IMG/VR virus record: IMGVR_UViG_3300045988_120893 | Coordinates: 1,821 to 65,820 of that record | DNA length: 64,000 bases | Origin: a virus | Direction: 5' to 3' (one strand) | Shown here: positions 6,087 to 13,375 of the stretch, in pieces | Position numbering within the stretch: position 1 is the first letter of the stretch | Layout of the letters: each line of letters opens with the position of its first letter | Position numbers and translations under genes: made by a program | The notes under the pieces: model-generated | What the model was told of the DNA's origin: nothing | The model's input: the letters and a program-made list of their open reading frames with translations, nothing else | Databases searched by the model: none

Positions 6087-8186
6087 TTACTTGTGAGGTT
6101 TTGTTTCGTTGTTTTCATTTGAGGTTTTTTCGAGGACTTCTTTTATTCCCTCTATGACATAAAGGAAGCATGGTAGGGCAATTCCGTTCCCCCAGAGCTT
6201 ATAAGCTGCGCCATCGGAATACGGATTTTGCAGCCATTTTATGATCTGTTTGTCCGTCTTTGGTTTCTTTGCTCCTGTTACTATCTTTCTATGTGTTTCA
6301 AAAACTTCTCGCCAAAAGGCTATATCATGACCTGTCGGTTCTTCTGTTTCCAGACCATCAAGCCACCAGTCCGGGAAGCCTTGCAATCTTGCACATTCAA
6401 TCGGTGTCAGCCGTCTTACTATGTAGGATGGTTCAACAATCAGATCAGTAGCATCTTTGTAATCTCTGCTTTTTAGGCAGCTTGCTTTTCCTGATTCATC
6501 ATATTTACCGAACGCTTTCATTTCAAATCCACATTGCTGTGCTACCGGATTGATATAATTCAATGATTGACCGCCGTTTGACTTTGCTTGTAATGTACCG
6601 CTCTTTTCTTCTATTGGAACATTATTTCTGCAATCGTAGGCTACTGCGTGTTGCTCTGTCGCATTCAGCGTGTACATAGTTTCTGATTCCTTATATCCAT
6701 CTCCACGGTGTGATGGTCGAGAGCCGTTACCTTCCACAACGCATATACCGCCTTGATTGCAAGCAGGATTACCACCATTGAGGTCTAATGTTCTTGCCGT
6801 GTCAGCTTCGTATATTCCGCTATGTGGATTATCGGATTTCATTGAATTTGAGCCATAAGAGCATATTCCATAAACTTTCTTTTGTGGCTCAAATAGCGTC
6901 TGTGGAACACCACAGCTCAATGTTGCTGATTTGTTTATCTGAAGCAATGCACCTTTACCGCCGCCCTCACATCCACTGCGTATCTGCATAGTGACTGGTG
7001 GATTGTCATTTTGAGGTTCAAATATACATTGTGTTCCTTTGTAATCTGTCCCAGTTAGAGTATTTGCAATCTCTTTTCCTACTGTGCAAGCATATTGTCT
7101 TTCATTCATACAATATGTTTCTTTCGGCAGACAATACAACCCTGTCTTTGCTCCTGATCCACCGCCTAATCCTTGTAATGTTACCGACTTTGTTGCGTTC
7201 ATCTGTATTCTGTCAGCAACTCTTCCAAAATCAACGGCATATTGTTCTTCTTTCGCCACGCAAAACTGGTTATCGCCCATGTTCGCTCTTAATGATCCAG
7301 TTTGGTTATCGTATGTATGTCCACCGGTTCGTGTTGCTGCCCCAGGTTCAAAACCTATGCAATGTTCGCTTGATGCATCAGTGCCTTTCGCAATATCTCC
7401 GGAAGTTGCTTGCCACGATTTTCGGCTCTCCGTAAAATTCCTTGACAAGCCTTTGCGCTTAAATAGTATTTCTCCGGCACATTGTCCTGCAAAATCTGCG
7501 ACAAGAGCGATTCGTCTACGTCTTTGGGGGACTCCCCAAAATTGAGCATCGAGAACTCTCCAGGCAATGGACCACCCATCACCCACGATGCATCCCTCTG
7601 TATTCCATTTTCCTTTCGGAGGTCTAGGAATAGTGGCGGTCTTGTCAACGACTTTCGCTGTTTCTTCAAGTACGGCTCGAAAATCTTCTCCTTTGTTGCT
7701 GCTGAATGCTCCTGTGACGTTCTCCCAGAGCATGAATCTAGGTCGAATATGCTCATCTGTCCTTCCACTTCGTAATCTTGCCAATTCATCAGCTTGTCTC
7801 ATCTCCTTTACTATTCTGATCTGCTCCATGAATAAACCGGAGCGTGTGTATTGCATTTCAGAACCACACTCCGGGCAAGTGTCCGTATCTTCATTGGCTA
7901 CCGATTTGTAACCACATTTTGGACACTCTTTGCTCATTCCTTTTCGTTTTCCTGCAACGGACATATCTTGACATGGGCTTCCGCCTGTTATGAGGTCTAC
8001 CGGCTCAAGGTCAGAGCCGGATATTGAGGATATATCTCCGTAATGTTTCATGTGGGGAAATCGTTTCGTGGTAACTCTTATTGGAAACGGTTCGATTTCA
8101 GAAGCCCATATCGGCTCCATTCCGCAAAGTGTGGCGGCTAATTCAAAGCCACCTGATCCTGAAAATAAACTTCCTATTCGAAACAA
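6087..8186 (-). CDS. DNA (cytosine-5) methyltransferase, large form
   Basis: 699 aa. Motif I FSGSGGFE, IV GGSPCQDMS, VI LWENVTGAF, VIII FWGVPQRRRRI, C-terminal RRLTPIECARLQGFP and WGNGIALP. About 360-aa variable region between VIII and IX. CxxC..CxxC insertion after motif IV. Confidence 0.9.
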   Translation of the reverse strand: MFRIGSLFSGSGGFELAATLCGMEPIWASEIEPFPIRVTTKRFPHMKHYGDISSISGSDLEPVDLITGGSPCQDMSVAGKRKGMSKECPKCGYKSVANEDTDTCPECGSEMQYTRSGLFMEQIRIVKEMRQADELARLRSGRTDEHIRPRFMLWENVTGAFSSNKGEDFRAVLEETAKVVDKTATIPRPPKGKWNTEGCIVGDGWSIAWRVLDAQFWGVPQRRRRIALVADFAGQCAGEILFKRKGLSRNFTESRKSWQATSGDIAKGTDASSEHCIGFEPGAATRTGGHTYDNQTGSLRANMGDNQFCVAKEEQYAVDFGRVADRIQMNATKSVTLQGLGGGSGAKTGLYCLPKETYCMNERQYACTVGKEIANTLTGTDYKGTQCIFEPQNDNPPVTMQIRSGCEGGGKGALLQINKSATLSCGVPQTLFEPQKKVYGICSYGSNSMKSDNPHSGIYEADTARTLDLNGGNPACNQGGICVVEGNGSRPSHRGDGYKESETMYTLNATEQHAVAYDCRNNVPIEEKSGTLQAKSNGGQSLNYINPVAQQCGFEMKAFGKYDESGKASCLKSRDYKDATDLIVEPSYIVRRLTPIECARLQGFPDWWLDGLETEEPTGHDIAFWREVFETHRKIVTGAKKPKTDKQIIKWLQNPYSDGAAYKLWGNGIALPCFLYVIEGIKEVLEKTSNENNETKPHK
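7355..7789 (-). CDS. Alternative-frame ORF embedded in the methyltransferase gene (possible overlapping gene)
   Basis: 144 codons, ATG start, same strand, different frame, covering MTase motifs VI-VIII. Translation is balanced and protein-like (GQMSIFDL..GRTSQEHSAATKEK..LSQILQDNVPEKYYLSAKACQGILRRAENRGKQLP). See finding. Confidence 0.35.
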   Translation of the reverse strand: MNWQDYEVEGQMSIFDLDSCSGRTSQEHSAATKEKIFEPYLKKQRKSLTRPPLFLDLRKENGIQRDASWVMGGPLPGEFSMLNFGESPKDVDESLLSQILQDNVPEKYYLSAKACQGILRRAENRGKQLPEILRKALMHQANIA

Positions 8187-8722
8187 AATACCAACCCTCC
8201 TGCTTTTTTTCTATTACCATTAGCACATTCAGATGCCTTTGAGTAATTCGTATTATTTTGCCTAGCCGCTTCCAATAATGTTTCATACTTTCCTATGAGT
8301 ACACCATCTTTATATACGGCTGTTTTTTTTCTTCCAAAATTCCGTTTTGCTCCCATGCTCCTATAATCTGTTTTTTCGTGAACCTTTTTTGCACGTTCTT
8401 TTGTAACTTCATTTTCTTGCTGCTCTTTATAAGTTGCCCATTCAAGATTTTCAACCCTGTTATCATCTCGTATTCCGTTTTTATGATTTACAGTAGGCTT
8501 GTTGTACGGATTCGGAATAAATGCTTGTGCAACAAGCCTATGTGCTTTTAGTGTTTTTCTTACTCCATCAATACTTATCACATAATATAGATATCCGTAT
8601 TTATCTGTCGATGGACGCAAAAACTTATTTCTTCTATTGCTATATAAACGTCCGTCATTTGTAATTGAATACAACCCGTCAAAGAGCGAACCCATCTTAA
8701 ACTGTTTTCGTGTTTCTTCCAT
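8174..8722 (-). CDS. HNH homing-endonuclease-like protein (NUMOD4 + HNH)
   Basis: 182 aa. YSITNDGRLYS (NUMOD4-like), LKAHRLVAQAF..VNHKNGIRDDNRVENLEWATYKEQ (HNH_3-like). AT-rich. 13-nt overlap with the MTase start. Confidence 0.8.
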   Translation of the reverse strand: MEETRKQFKMGSLFDGLYSITNDGRLYSNRRNKFLRPSTDKYGYLYYVISIDGVRKTLKAHRLVAQAFIPNPYNKPTVNHKNGIRDDNRVENLEWATYKEQQENEVTKERAKKVHEKTDYRSMGAKRNFGRKKTAVYKDGVLIGKYETLLEAARQNNTNYSKASECANGNRKKAGGLVFCFE

Positions 8723-8973
8723 TGACTTCTACCTTTCTATGATTTCAAAGTAATCTTCTTTTGTTCCGATCCAGCTCTCATTGATGAACATGGACCGGTT
8801 ATCTTTTTCTGACATGAAGTATGCACCGTGAACCGGATAAACATCTCCATCTTTTTTAATATCCCTTAGCGACTTTAGCACTTATCCACAGCAAAATAAT
8901 CACTGTCATTGAAGTAGGATTGAGGGTTTAGTTACTTTTCGTTTGATTCTTGTTGGTTAATCACCATTCCTTT

Positions 8974-9231
8974 CTAGTAGTATTCAGTCGGCAGAAGTAC
9001 TGTTATGAAGTCCTGCCCGGAGAACAGATCATAGTTTATGATCCATATGGTTCCGAACGGAAGCTCATAGGCTCCGAACTCAACTATAAGGTCATTGTCT
9101 GGCTTCCCATCATCCGAATCATAGTCACTGTTCCGGAACCTATCCAGAGCATCCTTGATATCTTCCGAATATCTCAGAAGGTATCTTTTTGCTCCTGCCG
9201 TGAAGTAAACAGTATTGCAACTACTTTTCAC
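8974..9231 (-). CDS. Conserved mobile-element protein, '...IWI..TVLLPTEYY' family (paralogue of 43108-43401)
   Basis: Track ORF 8974-9309 starts at a TTG that is really the -35 TTGACA. GTG 9229-9231 after GGAAAGGGTG is more likely. C-terminus GAYELPFGTIWIINYDLFSGQDFITVLLPTEYY parallels GAYETSEGRIWIKTDHMPDRTITTVLFPDEY. Confidence 0.5.
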   Translation of the reverse strand: MKSSCNTVYFTAGAKRYLLRYSEDIKDALDRFRNSDYDSDDGKPDNDLIVEFGAYELPFGTIWIINYDLFSGQDFITVLLPTEYY

Positions 9232-9252
9232 TGTGAACACCCTTTCCAGTAT

Positions 9253-9309
9253 ATTTCTGTATTCTATTGTGTTCAAACACAGAATACAGAATATTTTCTT
9301 TTTTGTCAA
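9253..9309 (-). promoter_or_regulatory. Early promoter D overlapping a palindromic ACAGAAT operator
   Basis: Minus strand: TTGACA (9309-9304), 17 nt, TATTCT (9286-9281). 9254-9293 is an imperfect palindrome (TTCTGTATTCTatTGTGTT caa AACACAGAATACAGAA). Confidence 0.5.
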
Positions 9310-9380
9310 TAACTAATATTCAGATAGTTTGTTTTTAGTCCATGTTAGTTCAAGTTGTAGTCTAGGTTTCCACTTCCCCA

Positions 9381-9564
9381 TTTTTCCATATATTAGGTGT
9401 CCCATCTTGTTTCCGCTTAAATTAAGGGTACGTAGTACCTGGTATGTAATACCGGAGTATTTGGACTTCATAGGAAGATAGATTTCAGATCTGTCCCACA
9501 TCCATTTTCCATTTCTTAGGTGTCCCACCATGTTTCCACTTAAATTAATGGTACGTAGTACCTG
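9381..9564. repeat. Two ~60-bp direct repeats with palindromic core in the divergent control region
   Basis: 9381-9440 and 9504-9564: TTTTCCAT.T.TTAGGTGTCCCA...TGTTTCC.CTTAAATTAA.GGTACGTAGTACCTG. Core GGTACgtaGTACC is a perfect palindrome. Confidence 0.8.
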
Positions 9565-9646
9565 CATAGGAATATGCGGTACCTGGAAAGATGAAATTCA
9601 TTGATTGTATAGAATAAAAAAACTTACAAAAATTTACAATTTTATA

Positions 9647-9704
9647 TTGACATTACTCTTTGTGTGTGGTAATATATATACAACAACAGAACAACACAGA
9701 AATC
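9647..9704 (+). promoter_or_regulatory. Early promoter B plus ACAGAA motif
   Basis: TTGACA (9647-9652), 17 nt, TGgTAATAT (9667-9675), then CAACAACAGAACAACACAGAAATC (9681-9704). Confidence 0.6.
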
Positions 9705-9707
9705 AAA

Positions 9708-9737
9708 ACCCGCCCCGGAGGTAACGAGGGCAGAAAG
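9708..9737 (+). promoter_or_regulatory. 30-nt conserved pre-ATG element, copy 1
   Basis: ACCCGCCCCGGAGGTAACGAGGGCAGAAAG ends 10 nt before ATG 9748. Same 30-mer with one change at 42907-42936, again 10 nt before an ATG. GCCC/GGGC can pair around CGGAGGUAACGA. Confidence 0.6.
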
Positions 9738-9747
9738 AGAGGAAATT

Positions 9748-9990
9748 ATGATTATTAAATATGATTGTTTTGAAGAAACAATGTTCGCTGGTTCAGCCAG
9801 CGAAATAAAGGCCCTTTACAACAGCATGTATAGAGCTTGGGAAAAATGCAGTACAAATTTAATGCCTATATTTTCGGATAAGGCAAAATTTAATATGAAG
9901 AAAAGACTCTACGGAGTCATTGTGAATTACACAGAAAAGACCTTCTGTGTAATCAACGGAGAATCTGTACTCCGTTATATAGAAGAATAA
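9748..9990 (+). CDS. Hypothetical early protein
   Basis: 80-aa ORF, first gene behind promoter B. Confidence 0.5.
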   Translation: MIIKYDCFEETMFAGSASEIKALYNSMYRAWEKCSTNLMPIFSDKAKFNMKKRLYGVIVNYTEKTFCVINGESVLRYIEE

Positions 9991-10001
9991 TAGTATCTCG
10001 A

Positions 10002-10073
10002 CCCCAGGTTGCCATGGGGTATAGTCTGGCAACAGCGACCGCCGACGGCTGAAAATTAGCGTGGTGCAATTCC
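10002..10073 (+). repeat. Conserved leader element, right copy (inverted partner of 1332-1403)
   Basis: 10002-10057 is identical to the reverse complement of 1348-1403. Intergenic between 9748-9990 and 10143-11084. Confidence 0.85.
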
Positions 10074-10142
10074 GATAAGTAATAAAAGAAATGAAAACAG
10101 CTGGCCTATCGGCTATACGGGGAGAAAGAATGAGGTAGAAAT

Positions 10143-11084
10143 ATGAAATATGAAGAATTTAAAACAAAGGTAGAAGAAAAATTCATGGAGTATATTCCAG
10201 ACAGATATCAGCATCTGAAACTGGAAATTATACCAGTAAACAAAATAAATAAAGAAATAGACGGAATCCGTCTTGTAGGTAAGGGAGTGACGGTTGTACC
10301 TATTATTTATGTCAACCAGATCTACGAATACTACAAAAGATGTGGTTCGTTTGATATGTCTGTAGAATATGCAGCTAAAATAATGGCAGAGCATATGGAT
10401 GAGAAATTTCCTAAGCTGGCTGAACTGTCATTTGAAAAGGAATATGCGAAAGATAAAATAGTATTCCAGCTGATAAATACAGAGCAGAACCGGAAGATGC
10501 TGGATGACATTCCACACAGACAGTTCCTTGACCTCTCTGTTATATACAGGTTAGTTGTATCTGTAGACGACGGAAAAATAGGAAGTACCGTCATAAATAA
10601 CGATTCAGTAAAATTGTTAAATATGACGGAAGAGGAACTGTTCAATAATGCGGCAAGGAATACAATAGAGATGTTTCCTGCAGATGTAAAGACTTTAGAA
10701 GAGGTTCTTAAAGATATTGCAATAAAAGATGGTATGCCGGAAGAAATTGCAGGAAATATGTTTTCAGATAGTTTACCATTCTATCTCATATCAAATGATA
10801 TAGGAATAAATGGTGCGTCTGTAATGCTATATGAGAGAGTACTTTTTGACATTGCGTCAAGATTAAAAGAAAGTACATTATACATACTTCCTTCCAGCAT
10901 ACATGAAGTTATTGCTGTTTCTGCATCAATCGACATGGAACTGGATGAAATAGCATCCATGGTAGCAGAGGTAAACAGTGATGCTGTTTTGTTGGAAGAA
11001 AGGCTCTCTAATAATATATACATTTACGATAAGGAAAAGAGAAAAATTTCTCTTGCGACAGACACAAATAAGAAATTAGACTAG
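10143..11084 (+). CDS. Hypothetical protein (family seen on Firmicutes mobile elements)
   Basis: 313-aa ORF with GGTAGAAATATG start context. N-terminus MKYEEFKTKVEEKFMEYIP. No catalytic motif recognised. Confidence 0.6.
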   Translation: MKYEEFKTKVEEKFMEYIPDRYQHLKLEIIPVNKINKEIDGIRLVGKGVTVVPIIYVNQIYEYYKRCGSFDMSVEYAAKIMAEHMDEKFPKLAELSFEKEYAKDKIVFQLINTEQNRKMLDDIPHRQFLDLSVIYRLVVSVDDGKIGSTVINNDSVKLLNMTEEELFNNAARNTIEMFPADVKTLEEVLKDIAIKDGMPEEIAGNMFSDSLPFYLISNDIGINGASVMLYERVLFDIASRLKESTLYILPSSIHEVIAVSASIDMELDEIASMVAEVNSDAVLLEERLSNNIYIYDKEKRKISLATDTNKKLD

Positions 11085-11178
11085 TTCATACTAGTTCAGT
11101 ATATCATAAGGTGGCATCTTCATGGATGTGGGGATTCCATCTTATGTATTATTATGTATAAAGACAGGAGATGTTATT

Positions 11179-11592
11179 ATGAATAATTTAAGAAATATAA
11201 GAAGAAAAAAGGGATTATCCCTTGCGGAAATAGCAAAACAGACGGAAATTCCGTTAAGAACACTGGAAATGTGGGACAGCAACAAGCGGATCCCACAGTC
11301 TTACCACCGGATTAAGGAACTGGCCGTACTGCTGGAATGTACCATGGACGATATTATGACTTATAAGGAAGATTGCGTTTATGAAGGAAAAGAAGTACAT
11401 GTGGACCTTTCGACAGCAGAAAGAGACACGTTTTTTGTTGTATATGATGATGCTTATAACGATATTATTTCTGAATATATCACAAGGGACAGTGCCATGG
11501 ATCTTCTGGAACAGATGAAAAAGGATAAGGATATAACGGACTTCGTCAATAACCGCATCCAGTTCTACCAGGGACAGGGGGATGGTGTATGA
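11179..11592 (+). CDS. XRE-family helix-turn-helix protein
   Basis: Track ORF 11122-11592. Start moved to ATG 11179 after ACAGGAG. MNNLRNIRRKKGLSLAEIAKQTEIPLRTLEMWDSNKR is a classic XRE HTH. Confidence 0.75.
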   Translation: MNNLRNIRRKKGLSLAEIAKQTEIPLRTLEMWDSNKRIPQSYHRIKELAVLLECTMDDIMTYKEDCVYEGKEVHVDLSTAERDTFFVVYDDAYNDIISEYITRDSAMDLLEQMKKDKDITDFVNNRIQFYQGQGDGV

Positions 11593-12020
11593 CGGTTAAG
11601 GAGTTAGTTGAGCTTGATAATTTCATTGGAGATATCACCATAACGACCAGGGATACCGGAAAAGACGGAAAAAACCTGTTCAGAGTGAACACATTCCATA
11701 TTGGGCATAGTGAGGGAATCGTTCCACATTATCATGACGATAAGGACGTATATAAGAGCGTAAATATCAATACATTCGATTCTGGTAAAGATTACTACAA
11801 GATAGTAACAGGGAAAATACCGAAGGAATGGCTGAATCTACAGGTTCAGTCTTTTCGTGTATGGAGATCACACCGGAGTTCAGAAGATTATCACTATAGC
11901 CATCATTCACTGGAACACATTCTGATAGATTGCTATTGTGATGGATACGTGCATCAGGAAAAGGAAAAGAATGTTGACGAACAGTTACCAGGGCAGATGA
12001 ACATTGAGGATTTTTTATAG
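11589..12020 (+). CDS. Hypothetical protein
   Basis: 143-aa ORF, ATGA-coupled to the HTH gene. Confidence 0.5.
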   Translation: MTVKELVELDNFIGDITITTRDTGKDGKNLFRVNTFHIGHSEGIVPHYHDDKDVYKSVNINTFDSGKDYYKIVTGKIPKEWLNLQVQSFRVWRSHRSSEDYHYSHHSLEHILIDCYCDGYVHQEKEKNVDEQLPGQMNIEDFL

Positions 12021-12035
12021 AAAGGTGAAAAAAGT

Positions 12036-12335
12036 ATGGATAGAGAGGAAATTATGAGAAAATTGGAAGAGGTTAAATTAAACAATGGAAACATCATTAC
12101 AATGAAATGTAAGGAAACGGATGGAATTAAATTATATTTCTATCCAGGTCTTGGCTGGGTAAGCCGTGAGAGACTTTCCCAGCCGGACGTAACCGTTGCT
12201 GAGGAAGTTAAGGACTTCCTCCACAATAAGGATAACATCTGCAACTGTGCAGAGTGTCCTTACAACGGTTCTGCCGACGGCGGCAAGTACCCTTGCGGCC
12301 AGCAGACCTGTTGGGTGGAAGTCCACTGCTGCTAA
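12036..12335 (+). CDS. Hypothetical Cys-rich protein
   Basis: 99 aa. C-terminus CNCAECPYNGSADGGKYPCGQQTCWVEVHCC. AAAGGTGAAAAAAGTATG start context. Confidence 0.5.
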   Translation: MDREEIMRKLEEVKLNNGNIITMKCKETDGIKLYFYPGLGWVSRERLSQPDVTVAEEVKDFLHNKDNICNCAECPYNGSADGGKYPCGQQTCWVEVHCC

Positions 12336-12345
12336 TCTAGCATAT

Positions 12346-12384
12346 AAAAAATCCCCTGAGTATTTACACCCAGGGGATTTTTTT
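12346..12384. terminator. Bidirectional intrinsic terminator (convergent early operon / lysis operon)
   Basis: AAAAAATCCCCTG-agtatttacacc-CAGGGGATTTTTTT: 8-bp GC-rich stem flanked by A-run and T-run. Confidence 0.8.
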
Positions 12385-12413
12385 ATTTCAGGTGGAAAAT
12401 CCACATGACCGCC

Positions 12414-13184
12414 TTATTTAATCAGCTTTTTCATTTGAGCGTATGATTTTGGGCCATAGATGCCGTCCACTTCCAGCTTGTATTTCTTCTGGAATTTTCT
12501 TAGTGATTCTCCGGTTCTCCGACCGAACTCACCATCAGTAACAAGTTTCTTTCCTTCTGAATCTTTGAATTTTAATTTATTGAGGTTTTTTTGCAGTTTT
12601 TTGGTCTCTGCTCCTTCACTTCCGAATCTAAGTGTAGGATTCGCAACCGGAGATTTCTTTGCTGGAGTGGTAGGTCGTGGGTTTCCGCTGACTACGGCAA
12701 CAGTGTGTCCTTTCGTTTTCGTGACAAGAATGTCACCATTGAACAATTCCGTTGAGCTTGTGACAGCAAATGCAGGCTCGAATTTCCCTGTCCTTCCAAG
12801 GACATATGCTTCATTCGCCGTGCTGAAGTCTCCTGGATCAGTTCCGAACGCTTCTATGCAGCAGGCTCTGATGGTAGAACTGCAGTCTGCTTCTGTCGGT
12901 ACACTGATCTTCTTGATTGCACCACATTCTTTGACTTTGTTGACGATTCCATAACGTCCGTTCTGGTCGTATCCAATGTTGTTATTGTCACATGCATCAT
13001 TCATGGCGGATGCTATCTTATTTGCGTCCTGCACTGATTTTGGACGAATACAAATCCATCCTTTGCTGTGCATGTAATACGGCTGTTTGCTGACTTCAAT
13101 ACCGGTCTGGTCGCCTGCTGCTCCGCCGGTTATTCGTCCGTTTTCATCAATCCTCGCTGATCCTACTATAAGTCCCATAATCAA
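12414..13184 (-). CDS. Endolysin with C-terminal peptidoglycan-binding domain
   Basis: 256 aa. C-terminal PG_binding_1-like LQKNLNKL..DGEFGRRTGESLRKFQKKYKLEVDGIYGPKSY. Catalytic N-domain not classified by eye. Last gene of the lysis block. Confidence 0.7.
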   Translation of the reverse strand: MIMGLIVGSARIDENGRITGGAAGDQTGIEVSKQPYYMHSKGWICIRPKSVQDANKIASAMNDACDNNNIGYDQNGRYGIVNKVKECGAIKKISVPTEADCSSTIRACCIEAFGTDPGDFSTANEAYVLGRTGKFEPAFAVTSSTELFNGDILVTKTKGHTVAVVSGNPRPTTPAKKSPVANPTLRFGSEGAETKKLQKNLNKLKFKDSEGKKLVTDGEFGRRTGESLRKFQKKYKLEVDGIYGPKSYAQMKKLIK

Positions 13185-13375
13185 TCATCCTTTCGTATAA
13201 TGTTTTTGAACACCTGGTGTAACCCGGTGCTCGCAAGACCGCTGAACAGCCCGCCAAGGAGAACCTCCGGTGTAAATTCTCTGTTAATCCATGTGTTAAG
13301 AACTACACCAAGGACGGCCATGATTAGCGGAATGAACGCATTAATCTTATCTGTTGTGACTACGTTCTTCATCAC
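13181..13375 (-). CDS. Holin (possibly N-terminally longer)
   Basis: 64 aa. Hydrophobic AFIPLIMAVLGVVLNTWI and LLGGLFSGLASTGL, charged tail. 4-nt overlap with the lysin. The upstream in-frame stretch encodes another TM segment (see finding). Confidence 0.65.
   Translation of the reverse strand: MMKNVVTTDKINAFIPLIMAVLGVVLNTWINREFTPEVLLGGLFSGLASTGLHQVFKNIIRKDD

Noticed and set aside
9313-9567. 84-aa minus-strand ORF as a protein-coding gene
   Set aside because: The sequence is two translated copies of a 60-bp DNA repeat with palindromic cores. It has no convincing RBS and sits in the divergent promoter region, so I treat it as regulatory repeat DNA.
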